Notes under the pieces: model-generated
Told to the model about the DNA's origin: nothing
The model's input: only the letters and a program-made list of their open reading frames with translations
The model's database searches: none
Source: a virus
Length of the DNA stretch: 41,417 nucleotides
Reading direction: 5' to 3' (one strand)
UHGV virus genome: UHGV-0392655
In this document: positions 28,517 to 36,987 of the stretch, one piece after another
Position numbering within the stretch: position 1 is the first letter of the stretch
Layout of the letters: each line of letters opens with the position of its first letter
Translations under genes and position numbers: made by a program

Positions 28517-28726
28517 GCGGAAACTATTGATTATTAACTAAAGGGAACTTGTAAGAAAAACTTTACAGTTGGTGTTATCGTCCGCACCGAGAAAAGTACA
28601 AGAGAATGGCCAGTGCAGTGAGCCATACCCCGATACCATATCCAGGTTCCCCTATACACATGAGGGTAAATCCCAAAACTGTTGCTGATAAAATGGCCGC
28701 TAACGACAGAAAGAATTGTTCTTCAT

Positions 28727-29011
28727 TCACTTTTCCAGCTTCCTTTCTATGTTTTCGATGCGCACGGCAAGCAGTTGAATCGCCTTGGCCGTCTCCACCT
28801 GGGCCTGCGTCTGCATGGTCATCAGATCACAAAGGCGGTCATTGTGGTGGCTGACCACCTCCCCGATGTACCAGCATGCCCCGCCGCATATCGTCAGCGA
28901 CATCAGGACGCAGGCAAACACGGGGGAAGCCTTGGCAAAATCCAGGAAACGCGCCGGTACTTCGGAGAGCTTACACATGGCCTTATTTCTTGGAAGGTAC
29001 GATTTGAACAA
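28727..29011 (-). CDS. Small membrane protein of the lysis cluster (single TM plus coiled coil; holin or i-spanin-like).
   Basis: 'PVFACVLMSLTICGGACWYIG' TM segment followed by a heptad-like C-terminal region. Confidence 0.4.
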   Translation of the reverse strand: MFKSYLPRNKAMCKLSEVPARFLDFAKASPVFACVLMSLTICGGACWYIGEVVSHHNDRLCDLMTMQTQAQVETAKAIQLLAVRIENIERKLEK

Positions 29012-29306
29012 CGGGAGGAACGTCCGTAACAGGCTGGGCCTGGGAATAGGAGATATGCCCCGGCTCCAGCACCAGGCAGGAACCGTCCTTGCATACCACC
29101 GTCTTTTTCGGCGTCACGTCCACGGAATGGCCGCAGCCACCCAGCAGAGCGGAAGCCGCATAGGCAGCACCTGCCAGGACTACCCACAAAAGGCGTTCCC
29201 ACCACTTCAGGCCGGTTTTAGTTTTGCTTTTTTCGTAGGCATCTTTCATGCCCTGCTTCCCCGCCTCAAGGGCGGCCTGCTTTTGCTCGTCACTTAATTT
29301 ACTCAT
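28983..29306 (-). CDS. Membrane/lipoprotein of the lysis cluster (108 aa; holin or o-spanin-like).
   Basis: Start at MSKLSDEQ. Lys-rich N-terminus, then hydrophobic 'LLWVVLAGAAYAASALLGGC' ending in a lipobox-like LGGC. Confidence 0.35.
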   Translation of the reverse strand: MSKLSDEQKQAALEAGKQGMKDAYEKSKTKTGLKWWERLLWVVLAGAAYAASALLGGCGHSVDVTPKKTVVCKDGSCLVLEPGHISYSQAQPVTDVPPVVQIVPSKK

Positions 29307-29715
29307 GGTTTTGCTTTGTGAAGTATTTGAAAAAATCCACGGCGGCAGGGTCGGTAACAATGAACTCCGGGTAATCACGGGAAGTGAACACCCTCCGCCC
29401 GCCCTGCGGATTGACAGCCTCAACGGTCAGCACCACGGCAAAAACGTATTCGCTACGCTCATTCGCGACATCATACGTCATAGTAATACCTAACCGCGCC
29501 CACACCTGCACCGCCTGCCAGTCCTCACCCAATCCCACCAGCGCAGCAACTACGGACTCCATTGCCGGAGCCTGTTCCGCTGGTATCTCGTCCGCTGTGT
29601 AGCGGTCTGTCCGGGTGTAACCGCCCTTGTCCTGATAAATGGCCGTCAGGGTGAATTCTCCCCACTCGCCGGGCCGGGGAAACTGTATCTGTATCTCTGA
29701 ATTATTCATGCTCAA
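29299..29715 (-). CDS. Hypothetical protein (138 aa), possibly a tail-fiber-associated or assembly protein.
   Basis: ORF immediately downstream of the tail fiber gene with a 4-nt overlap. Confidence 0.3.
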   Translation of the reverse strand: MSMNNSEIQIQFPRPGEWGEFTLTAIYQDKGGYTRTDRYTADEIPAEQAPAMESVVAALVGLGEDWQAVQVWARLGITMTYDVANERSEYVFAVVLTVEAVNPQGGRRVFTSRDYPEFIVTDPAAVDFFKYFTKQNHE

Positions 29716-31760
29716 TCTTCGGTAGTCGTTTCGGCTTCCGGATCAACAAAATCCTCCACCGCCTCGGAGACAATGATATTGCTCTCCATGGAGGAAAACC
29801 CGTAATATGCCGGATTGACGTTATTGCAATGCAAGTGCATCGTCGCAGGAAGGAACGCTCCGGCCAACGCCCAGCTGTTGGCATTCTCAATATCAAGATA
29901 ATATCCGGAAAAGGGATAAATATTCTCAAAGCAATGGACTCCCCTCACCGTGGCGATCTTGACGCAGCCGCGGGTGGAATTCCCGCCATGCAGCAGCCAC
30001 AACGCTCCCCTGTCTTCGGTATCATATCCTCCGTCCTGGTATTGCTCGTAAACCACCGCGTACACGCAGACGGGATAACCGTTATTGGAAGACGTCTCCG
30101 GCGCGAGGGCCTGCGTCGTCTTCATCTTCCATTTCTGCTCGGCATTGGAATAATAAATCTCCCGGACACGAATATGATACCCTCCCGCGTCCGCGTCCCG
30201 GACATGATCAAACGTAATATCGATAATCTCCCCAATCCTGTAGCCGCCAGCCGCCTGATCCGGCACCAGCGTAAACGCGTCCCTGTCCCTTCCCATGCGC
30301 ACGACCGTTGTCATCTGGCCGAACCTGGCCGTGAATTTCGTGCTGACAGCCGGAAGGCGCACCGGAGCCACCCACCCCCGGATGCTGGAATAATTGTGCA
30401 TGGGCCTCGCGTTGGTCACGAGGCCGCATTTCACGGTAAAAGAGGAATTGGGAGGGACATTGAAATAAAGGGAATTGGGTTCCTTGTCTGTTTTGAAAAC
30501 CGTCCCGTTGGAAGATGAGCAATTCGCCGGGAGCGGATAACACCTGACGGAAAAAGCGTCCGTCACGGCGGCCAACCCGGCGGCGTACAGGCGGTTGACG
30601 CCGGATTCATTGGTCGGCGCCCCCACAGCCAGCGGGACATTGATCCCGCCATTGGCGTTAATAGCCCCGGCCGCCGTCAGACCTCCGGCCAGCGTCATGT
30701 TGCCTGCATCATCTACTTGAGGTATGGCCTCAAGGGCCTGCTGGGCTTCTGTGGCGGAGTTGGCCGCGCTGGTGGCAGAGGTCGCGGCATTCGTCGCGGC
30801 CGTATTGATGCGCCCCTCCGCCTGATCTATAGCCTCTTTAGCGGTTTCGGCGCGCTGGACAAGGGGCGTGATCGTCCCTTGCGCTTCCTCCTCCGCCTCC
30901 TGAACGGCGGCAACGGCATCCGCCTGCGCGCTGGCTATATTCTGCTGCGCGGTCTGTGAGGCACGACCTACGGCCAGCACAGAAGCCGCTTGCTTGTCCT
31001 GCACAGCAGTAACAGCCTCATTCCTGGCTTCAACAATTTTCTTCTCCCCGTCGCTGACCGTTTCCGGCCAGGTGGCGGCCAGCGACTCCACAGCCGTTTT
31101 AGCGTCATGGGCACTCTTGGCGTCACGGTCCGCGTTGGTTGCGGACGTACCGGCGGCGGCCTCGGAAGCGGCGGCGGCCCTTTTGGAGGCCAAAGCGGAA
31201 CCTGCATAGCCTTCCGCCTCTTCGGCCCGTGCAGCAGCGGTGGCTGCCGCGTCCGTTGCCGTCTTGGCTGCCTGGCTCGCCGTTTCCGCATTGGTGGAGG
31301 ATGTGTTGGCATTCTGTTGCGCCTGTTGGGCCGCGATAATGGAGGCCGTGTTGGAAAGCCACTGGGCCTTGATCGTCTTACTTGCCTCAACAGGTATCGT
31401 AATACCCATTGCAGGAATATCGTACACCGTGGACGACTCAACAGGAGCCACAGAATCCACGGCCCCAATATAACCGGAAAACAGCCTCAAATCCTCTCCG
31501 GACTCATCCTGTGCATGAATGGCATACGGCCAGCGGCCAACAGGCAGGGCAGGAAAAGTAAGCTCCAAACAATGTTCTTGCTCGCCGTGTTCAATAACAA
31601 CGGGCAAGTCTCCCTGTTCCGTCTTCACCACACCGGTGAAAGAAACTCCTGTTAACGGGAACGGAGATTGCGTCACATCCTCGAACAAAAGCCAGCCTAT
31701 GCGCTTGGCATAGCCTGCCGTCGTGGACAAATGGCGCGTCATTCCCAGAAAATTTAACAT
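29712..31760 (-). CDS. Tail fiber protein.
   Basis: 682 aa. Globular N-terminal attachment region, a long Ala/Thr/Gln-rich coiled-coil shaft (AAQQAQQNANTSSTNAETASQAAKTATDAAATAAARAEEAEG...) and a globular C-terminal receptor-binding-like domain. Confidence 0.6.
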   Translation of the reverse strand: MLNFLGMTRHLSTTAGYAKRIGWLLFEDVTQSPFPLTGVSFTGVVKTEQGDLPVVIEHGEQEHCLELTFPALPVGRWPYAIHAQDESGEDLRLFSGYIGAVDSVAPVESSTVYDIPAMGITIPVEASKTIKAQWLSNTASIIAAQQAQQNANTSSTNAETASQAAKTATDAAATAAARAEEAEGYAGSALASKRAAAASEAAAGTSATNADRDAKSAHDAKTAVESLAATWPETVSDGEKKIVEARNEAVTAVQDKQAASVLAVGRASQTAQQNIASAQADAVAAVQEAEEEAQGTITPLVQRAETAKEAIDQAEGRINTAATNAATSATSAANSATEAQQALEAIPQVDDAGNMTLAGGLTAAGAINANGGINVPLAVGAPTNESGVNRLYAAGLAAVTDAFSVRCYPLPANCSSSNGTVFKTDKEPNSLYFNVPPNSSFTVKCGLVTNARPMHNYSSIRGWVAPVRLPAVSTKFTARFGQMTTVVRMGRDRDAFTLVPDQAAGGYRIGEIIDITFDHVRDADAGGYHIRVREIYYSNAEQKWKMKTTQALAPETSSNNGYPVCVYAVVYEQYQDGGYDTEDRGALWLLHGGNSTRGCVKIATVRGVHCFENIYPFSGYYLDIENANSWALAGAFLPATMHLHCNNVNPAYYGFSSMESNIIVSEAVEDFVDPEAETTTED

Positions 31761-31793
31761 GGCTCAATCATGAGCCACAAAACACGGGAAATG

Positions 31794-31826
31794 CAAGTTG
31801 GCGAGAATCAATGTTTTTATCCCTGC
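31794..31826 (-). promoter_or_regulatory. Conserved late-operon motif, copy 4.
   Basis: The complement of CAAGTTGGCGAGAATCAATGTTTTTATCCCTGC sits 34 nt upstream of the tail fiber ATG at 31760. It is nearly identical to copy 1. Confidence 0.55.
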
Positions 31827-32308
31827 TTCACGGGAGGCTCAAAAGGCAGGGAGGACAGCAGAGTTATAAAATTCTCTCCTGCATCCACTTCCATCTTCTG
31901 AGGAGTGTATGCGCCATCCATCTTGTTAAGCTCGGCAATAGCGGCGATTTTTGAGGGCATCTTAAATTTCGCTCCGGTTTCATCCATGGAAACCTCCTGA
32001 CAGAGATCGGATGCGCTATCAACATTGCCGATGGGAGTTGTCACTACGCGGGACAACCATTCCATGCGCTGCTGCCTGGTCAGCACAGCAGACTTATCCA
32101 GTTGCTTATTCAATTCGTCAATCATTCGCAAAACAACATCATCTTTGGACAACCTATAAGCCGCCTTGTTTGCCGCATCATTACTTAAATCCTTGCGTTT
32201 GTACGCTTTGCGATAAGCGTCGGCTTTGGACATTTTAACCTCCACCAGGAGCCGCGCAAACTCCTTCTTCTTCTCTGTGACCTTGCTTGTGCTTTCCTTT
32301 CTGCCCAT
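31817..32308 (-). CDS. terS: Terminase small subunit (Terminase_2-like).
   Basis: 'KKKEFARLLVEVKMSKADAYRKAYKRKDLSNDAANKAAYRLSKDDVVLRMIDE' matches the N-terminal HTH signature of small terminase subunits. Confidence 0.55.
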   Translation of the reverse strand: MGRKESTSKVTEKKKEFARLLVEVKMSKADAYRKAYKRKDLSNDAANKAAYRLSKDDVVLRMIDELNKQLDKSAVLTRQQRMEWLSRVVTTPIGNVDSASDLCQEVSMDETGAKFKMPSKIAAIAELNKMDGAYTPQKMEVDAGENFITLLSSLPFEPPVKQG

Positions 32309-32341
32309 ACCAATATTTTACCCTCCTGGTTTTCAGCACGT

Positions 32342-32376
32342 CAATTTGGTGAGAATCAATACTTCTTGCCCGGAAC
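32342..32376 (-). promoter_or_regulatory. Conserved late-operon motif, copy 5.
   Basis: The complement of CAATTTGGTGAGAATCAATACTTCTTGCCCGGAAC sits 34 nt upstream of the terS ATG at 32308. It shares the CTTCT..CCGGAAC tail with copy 2. Confidence 0.5.
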
Positions 32377-32378
32377 AA

Positions 32379-32660
32379 TCAACCTGTTGGCTTTGAATCC
32401 TCAAGGCTCTCTAAAAAATCACGCCCCTGCCTGCTGATATAAAACACGCAAGGCCGTGTGCCGGTTCTGATCACGTCGCCGGCCTGCACCAGATAATCCA
32501 GCCGGTGAGACACATTGCTGGGATCCAAATGGCAACGGGTGGCAATCTCCCGCGACATCCTGCCCGGATGGTCTCGGATTTCCATCAGAATAAGCAGCTG
32601 CGACGGACTCACCTTCCGGTGTATAATGTTCCTCAATAGATTCTTATATTCCTGCTTCAT
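32379..32660 (-). CDS. Winged-helix (MarR-like) transcriptional regulator. Candidate late-gene regulator.
   Basis: 93 aa with a wHTH-like 'SPSQLLILMEIRDHPGRMSREIATRCHLDPSNVSHRLDYLVQAGDVIR'. It is the last gene before the first late-motif copy. Confidence 0.45.
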   Translation of the reverse strand: MKQEYKNLLRNIIHRKVSPSQLLILMEIRDHPGRMSREIATRCHLDPSNVSHRLDYLVQAGDVIRTGTRPCVFYISRQGRDFLESLEDSKPTG

Positions 32661-33283
32661 CTCCCTTCCTCCCTTCTCATATACCGTTCAAAACAATAAT
32701 CCGGCGCATCCTTGACCCGGCACACCACGTTATTGCCGCGGTAGAGTCGTGAGGCAATCCGGGCATCCAGATGTTCCCCGATATGCACCGGCAACAGATT
32801 GGATGTGAGCATCGTCCATTTCCCCAGCCGCCCATCGACAACACGGTTCAGGGCGGAAAGAATAGCGGGGGAAGTATTCTCCGCGCCAATATCATCCAGA
32901 ATCAGCACGTACACCTCTTTAACCAAATATTCAATAAACGCCCAATCCCCGGAACGAAGCATGGAAACCACCTTCTGCCACTTCCAAAGCTGAATGGGCA
33001 ACGTGGGGCGTGATTTAGTCAGCGCATCCCTGGCAGCCTCCGCCAGATGCGTCTTGCCTACCCCGGAAGCCCCCAGCAGGGACAGCCAGCGGCGCGGACG
33101 AACCTTATTAACGATATCGTTAATAAACCACTGCACTTCCCGGTGCATGGCCTGCACCTCCGGGTGAACGGACTCGTCAAACCCGCCCATATCGTACCGT
33201 ACCGGCTTGTAACTGCGGACAATCCCGTCCTGGGAAGGCATCACGGAAACCTGCCCGGCCAAACGTTGAATATCATCCATCAT
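32657..33283 (-). CDS. DnaC/IstB-like AAA+ helicase loader.
   Basis: Walker A 'LLGASGVGKTHLA' and Walker B 'VLILDDIG'. It sits after a replication-initiator-like gene. Confidence 0.75.
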   Translation of the reverse strand: MMDDIQRLAGQVSVMPSQDGIVRSYKPVRYDMGGFDESVHPEVQAMHREVQWFINDIVNKVRPRRWLSLLGASGVGKTHLAEAARDALTKSRPTLPIQLWKWQKVVSMLRSGDWAFIEYLVKEVYVLILDDIGAENTSPAILSALNRVVDGRLGKWTMLTSNLLPVHIGEHLDARIASRLYRGNNVVCRVKDAPDYCFERYMRREEGR

Positions 33284-34038
33284 TCGTACCTCCTTCCCGC
33301 GTTGGCGTCATTCCGCCCAGACGAACCTTGATGTCCCCGCTGCGCATTATTCGTGACCCAGGAACGGGCATACTTCCGGGCTGCCGGCTTCCAATCGGCA
33401 AGAGGAATCCCCTTGCTGTCCCGCCATCCACGGGCGCTGAAATCATCAAAAAACGACTCTGCGCACCGTTTCAACTCGTCTCCCTTGGGAGCCATAAGCT
33501 GGGCCGCCATGAAAAGCCGCACTTCCTCCGCGTCCCGCGGGAACTGCTCTATGCCTCGGCTTACAGGTAATTTCTTCGCATTCGCATCCGTCTTCGTCTC
33601 CGTCTCCGTCTCCGAATACGCATTCGCATAAGTAACGGGTTGAGGCGAATCGTTACGACCTGTTACGAATTTCCGCAGTTCGTATTTCTTGTCGGAAACT
33701 TTCAGCACTTCGTAACCGTTCGGAAGCGGCCATTTGGGCATGGACTTCCCCTGCTGGTCGAACCCCAGAATCATCAAGTATGGCTTCTCATTGTGAGAAT
33801 AAAGCAGAATAAGCCCCGCGGCCTCACACGCGGAGAGGCAGCGTTGAATATTGCACTCGCTCATCTTGTCGAGTTGGAGAGGATACAACGCAGAACGGAG
33901 AATGGGCGTCCTAGCGTCATAAAGGCCGTAATCGTCTGCCACAGACATCAGGCGTCGGTAGAACACCTCGGCCTCCCACGAAAGAGAGGCGACGCGCCCT
34001 GATGTCAAAATAGCATCTCTGATCAATCGTGTTGGCAT
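33280..34038 (-). CDS. Replication initiator / primosome organiser (lambda O or DnaD-like) containing internal iterons.
   Basis: 252 aa, directly upstream of the DnaC-like gene. Repeat cluster within the gene at 33570..33720. Confidence 0.5.
   Translation of the reverse strand: MPTRLIRDAILTSGRVASLSWEAEVFYRRLMSVADDYGLYDARTPILRSALYPLQLDKMSECNIQRCLSACEAAGLILLYSHNEKPYLMILGFDQQGKSMPKWPLPNGYEVLKVSDKKYELRKFVTGRNDSPQPVTYANAYSETETETKTDANAKKLPVSRGIEQFPRDAEEVRLFMAAQLMAPKGDELKRCAESFFDDFSARGWRDSKGIPLADWKPAARKYARSWVTNNAQRGHQGSSGRNDANAGRRYE
33570..33720. repeat. Candidate origin of replication. Iteron-like cluster: (TCCGTC)x3-4, CGCATTCGCAT x2, GTTACGA x2 direct and TTCGTAAC inverted.
   Basis: Repeats seen at 33574..33632, 33651..33669 and 33709..33716, embedded in the initiator ORF. 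The arrangement resembles the lambda O gene iterons. Confidence 0.4.
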
Positions 34039-34050
34039 ATCAAAAAAGCG

Positions 34051-34521
34051 TCAGTTGGGGGTTGTAGATTTCATAAAGACCAGGAAGACGGTCTTCCCGC
34101 GGCGGTGTCCGAACAAAGGTTCATGGCTGGCCAGTTTCAGAACTTCCGCGGTTGAAACCTGATCCTCGCACCACTTGAACACCAGAATGCCGCCCGGTTC
34201 CAAAACCCGGAAACACTCCCGGAAGCCGGATTTCAAATCCTCCCTCCAGGTTTTCTGGTCCAGTTTTCCGTACTTCTTGGCCAGCCAGGATGATTCCCCA
34301 GCGTGAATCAAGTGCGGAGGGTCGAATACCACAAGGCGAAACGCCCCGTCGTTGAAAGGCATCTTCCGGAAGTCCCCGACGACGTCCGGCTTGATTTCCA
34401 GGGTTCGCCCGTCGCAAAGCATGTGCGTTTCCTCCCGGCGGTCCATGAACACCACGTCAGGATGGCGGCGGTCAAACCAGAACATGCGGGAGCCGCAGCA
34501 GGCGTCAAGAATGGCTTTCAT
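34051..34521 (-). CDS. Small SAM-dependent DNA methyltransferase (amino-MTase, N6-A or N4-C type, DPPH motif).
   Basis: Motif I 'LDACCGSRMFWF' and motif IV 'VVFDPPH'. 156 aa. Confidence 0.55.
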   Translation of the reverse strand: MKAILDACCGSRMFWFDRRHPDVVFMDRREETHMLCDGRTLEIKPDVVGDFRKMPFNDGAFRLVVFDPPHLIHAGESSWLAKKYGKLDQKTWREDLKSGFRECFRVLEPGGILVFKWCEDQVSTAEVLKLASHEPLFGHRRGKTVFLVFMKSTTPN

Positions 34522-35288
34522 TCCCCCTCCTTTCCTTCTTGGAATCTGCCAAGCAAAACCCGGAATGCAGTTGCCGCCACTGCAGGAACTTGCCCGTTGC
34601 CAAGGGCTTTAAGCTCGTCCACTTCTGGGGCCACCCCATCATCAGGGCGGCGAAAGACGCTGACACACACATCCCCCTGACTCGCTTCCCACCGCTCCTG
34701 ACATAGAGATATGCCAGGTAATCTTCCAAATTCCCTTTTGGTTTGCCTTCCTCCGCTCTCTTCCAACACAGTCCATATTTGGCGATACATGCACGCATGG
34801 TGGGCAAGAAGCCATAATCTGGCGCGGCGATGGGGTAATCCAACGGCGTCAGCTCCCAGCACACACCATGCAGCATCATACCCGATGCGGGCAAGGTCAC
34901 CGAGGATTCTGGCAAGTCCTCTTCCCACAAGCAGAGGTGAGTTTTCCAGGAATGCGAATTCCGGTCGTACTTCATTGATAATTCGGTGCATTTCCCGCCA
35001 GAGGCCGGAGCGGGCGCCGTCAATGCCGGCGCCTTTTCCTGCGGCTGAAATGTCCTGGCACGGGAAGCCTCCAGATACCACGTCAACAAGGCCGCGCCAC
35101 GGTCGTCCGTCAAAGGTTCGTACGTCATCCCAAACCGGGAAAGGCGGGAGTAAGCCGTCATTCTGTCGGGCGAGCAGTACGCTTGCGGGATAGGGTTCAA
35201 GTTCGACAGCGCAAACGGTGCGGAATCCGAGCAGCTCGCTTCCAAGTATGCCTCCACCAGCGCCCGCGAAAAGATGTAGCTCATTCAC
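34518..35288 (-). CDS. DNA (cytosine-5)-methyltransferase.
   Basis: Motif I 'LFAGAGG', motif IV 'GGFPCQDIS', motif VI 'ENSP' and motif X-like 'GNGQVPAVA'. Confidence 0.85.
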   Translation of the reverse strand: MNELHLFAGAGGGILGSELLGFRTVCAVELEPYPASVLLARQNDGLLPPFPVWDDVRTFDGRPWRGLVDVVSGGFPCQDISAAGKGAGIDGARSGLWREMHRIINEVRPEFAFLENSPLLVGRGLARILGDLARIGYDAAWCVLGADAVGLPHRRARLWLLAHHACMYRQIWTVLEESGGRQTKREFGRLPGISLCQERWEASQGDVCVSVFRRPDDGVAPEVDELKALGNGQVPAVAATAFRVLLGRFQEGKEGE

Positions 35289-35632
35289 TCTCCCTCCTTT
35301 CTCGGCTCCCAGTTGACAGCAAATCCCTCGTTGATGCAGGGGTTACAAACAACCGGCACGGCTTTAATATTTTTGTAAGCGCAGTTGTGGCAATCGCGAT
35401 GGATTAAAGGCACCCACGCCCTGCACGCGGCCCGCTTCCGGCGGACGTCACCGATAACATTGTACAACTTAAAGTCGTCCCATAAGCCTCCGCGAAATTG
35501 GAGTGGCAGCTCGTGATATTCCATTTTAAATCGTATTCGGGCGTTATTGCGAATCCTTTCAATTCTGGTTTCGAGAGTTTCGACTGCTTTTCCGTACTCG
35601 TAAAAAGCTTTCTGTTCAGGCGTCAGTTTCAT
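35285..35632 (-). CDS. Cysteine-rich (zinc-ribbon-like) hypothetical protein.
   Basis: 'CHNCAYKNIKAVPVVCNPC' is a C-x2-C...C-x2-C-like arrangement. Confidence 0.35.
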   Translation of the reverse strand: MKLTPEQKAFYEYGKAVETLETRIERIRNNARIRFKMEYHELPLQFRGGLWDDFKLYNVIGDVRRKRAACRAWVPLIHRDCHNCAYKNIKAVPVVCNPCINEGFAVNWEPRKEGE

Positions 35633-36018
35633 GCGAGCCTCCTTTCAAACACGATTTCCACCTGTCCGGCGCGTCCCAGGTCGTGAATCCGCTCAATCCC
35701 GGCGCAATCCAGCGTCCTGTCGTCAATGCCCATAGCCTTGCAGGCCCCGTCCAGATACGCCTTGCAGCGCGCCAGGCAATTATCCGCGTCCGGCTTCGGT
35801 CCCTTGAAAAACCAGATCACCCGGTAATGCGTCGGTTGCATCCTCCGGCCATTCAGGGCTTCACAAGTCCTGCCCCAGGCTATATTCCGGGCGCGGCTCT
35901 TGGCAGCCGTCTTCTTATAACCGGCCACAATGGCCCCCCTCTGCGTGAGAGGGGCTTTCGCATTCGGAGACAAACACCGGGGAGTGTGAGGCAAGGTAAT
36001 GGTCAGCGTGGTCATCAT
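35629..36018 (-). CDS. rusA: RusA-family Holliday junction resolvase.
   Basis: 'WFFKGPKPDADNCLARCKAYLDGACKAMGIDDRTLD' matches the RusA acidic-residue pattern (D.DN..K..LD.L.....DD). Start at the second ATG, giving an ATGA overlap. Confidence 0.6.
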   Translation of the reverse strand: MMTTLTITLPHTPRCLSPNAKAPLTQRGAIVAGYKKTAAKSRARNIAWGRTCEALNGRRMQPTHYRVIWFFKGPKPDADNCLARCKAYLDGACKAMGIDDRTLDCAGIERIHDLGRAGQVEIVFERRLA

Positions 36019-36959
36019 GCCGCACCTCCTTCCCATCCCTTTTTAAGTTCCCAGCGCGGAATGCGGAAATACCGCGGCAAGGCCACAGCTCCCGGATAAA
36101 TCCCCGTCGCCACGCACTCGGCATACTGGCGCAGGGCGGCCATATACTGCCCCCGGTAATGCTCCAGGGCCTCCTGATCCATCCGCACCTCGGAAATGCA
36201 GTAAGGAGCTGCCGACTCCATGAACACAAACATGAAATTCCGGCGTATCCCGAAAATCGCCTCATACAAATCGCAATACAAGGCAGCCTGCCAGCCGTAC
36301 CCGTAGCGGGCCATATCCCGGTCAATCAGGCCGGAATCCTCCACGGGCGTGGAAGTCGTCTTCATATCAATAATCGGCATCTCTTCATCGTGAGGAAGAA
36401 TGTCGATCATCCCCGTAATCGTAATCGGAACCGGAGGCTTGTCCGGCGCGTACTCAATGAGCAGCGTCTTATACATCGCCACCTGGGAATCAAACGAATC
36501 CCCCAGCACCAGCCCGTGTTCGGTGCGCAGGTAGTCGTTGAAAATCCCCACGGCCTTCTGCGCTTCGGCGTACTCCTCCGGCGTCAGCACGGCTCCCCCA
36601 CGGTCGGCAAACGCCGCCCAGCGGGCTGCTTGCCCGTCGTCCTGCTTCGTCTTGGACACGGAGCCGTTCTTATTCACCCCCGGCAGCCACCCTTCCACGA
36701 GATACTGATTCTTGAACTGATCCGGCGTCAGGGCCAGACAATCTACCAGGGAACCAAACCGGAACCCCTGGGAAACCTTCTCAATCCCTTCATCCTGACG
36801 ATACTTCCATTTATAGGGATTCCGGGCGAAATCCGTCAGCATGGACTTGGAGACACAGTGAGGAATCCCCTTCTTGGAATCGTGGTACGCCTGCGGATTA
36901 TCCACCCGGCCACAAGCCTCGCCGAAAGTCGCAAAGCCCGATAAATCTAAAACATTCAT
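36015..36959 (-). CDS. PD-(D/E)xK recombination exonuclease (YqaJ/lambda-exo-like).
   Basis: 'GMIDILPHDEEMPIIDMKTT' fits a D...(D/E)xK nuclease core. The gene is adjacent to a RecT-like gene. Confidence 0.5.
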   Translation of the reverse strand: MNVLDLSGFATFGEACGRVDNPQAYHDSKKGIPHCVSKSMLTDFARNPYKWKYRQDEGIEKVSQGFRFGSLVDCLALTPDQFKNQYLVEGWLPGVNKNGSVSKTKQDDGQAARWAAFADRGGAVLTPEEYAEAQKAVGIFNDYLRTEHGLVLGDSFDSQVAMYKTLLIEYAPDKPPVPITITGMIDILPHDEEMPIIDMKTTSTPVEDSGLIDRDMARYGYGWQAALYCDLYEAIFGIRRNFMFVFMESAAPYCISEVRMDQEALEHYRGQYMAALRQYAECVATGIYPGAVALPRYFRIPRWELKKGWEGGAA

Positions 36960-36987
36960 AGCTAAAGATCCTTGCTATCCTGCATGC

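Noticed and set aside
28566-28574. CAGTTGGTG as a sixth copy of the late-operon motif upstream of the 62-aa ORF.
   Set aside because: Only 9 nt match, the remainder of the 33-bp element is absent, and the distance to the nearest ATG (50 nt) breaks the 33-35 nt rule.
28517-28726. 210-bp gap examined for a tRNA gene on either strand.
   Set aside because: No acceptor-stem/T-loop (GGTTCGANTCC...CCA) architecture could be recognised by eye. A tRNA scan would be needed to exclude one rigorously.
33591-33614. TCCGTC tandem repeats as a possible CRISPR or minisatellite.
   Set aside because: Only 3-4 units of 6 bp with no spacers. They lie inside a coding region next to other iterons and are better explained as ori or binding repeats. 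No CRISPR-like arrays are seen anywhere in the window.
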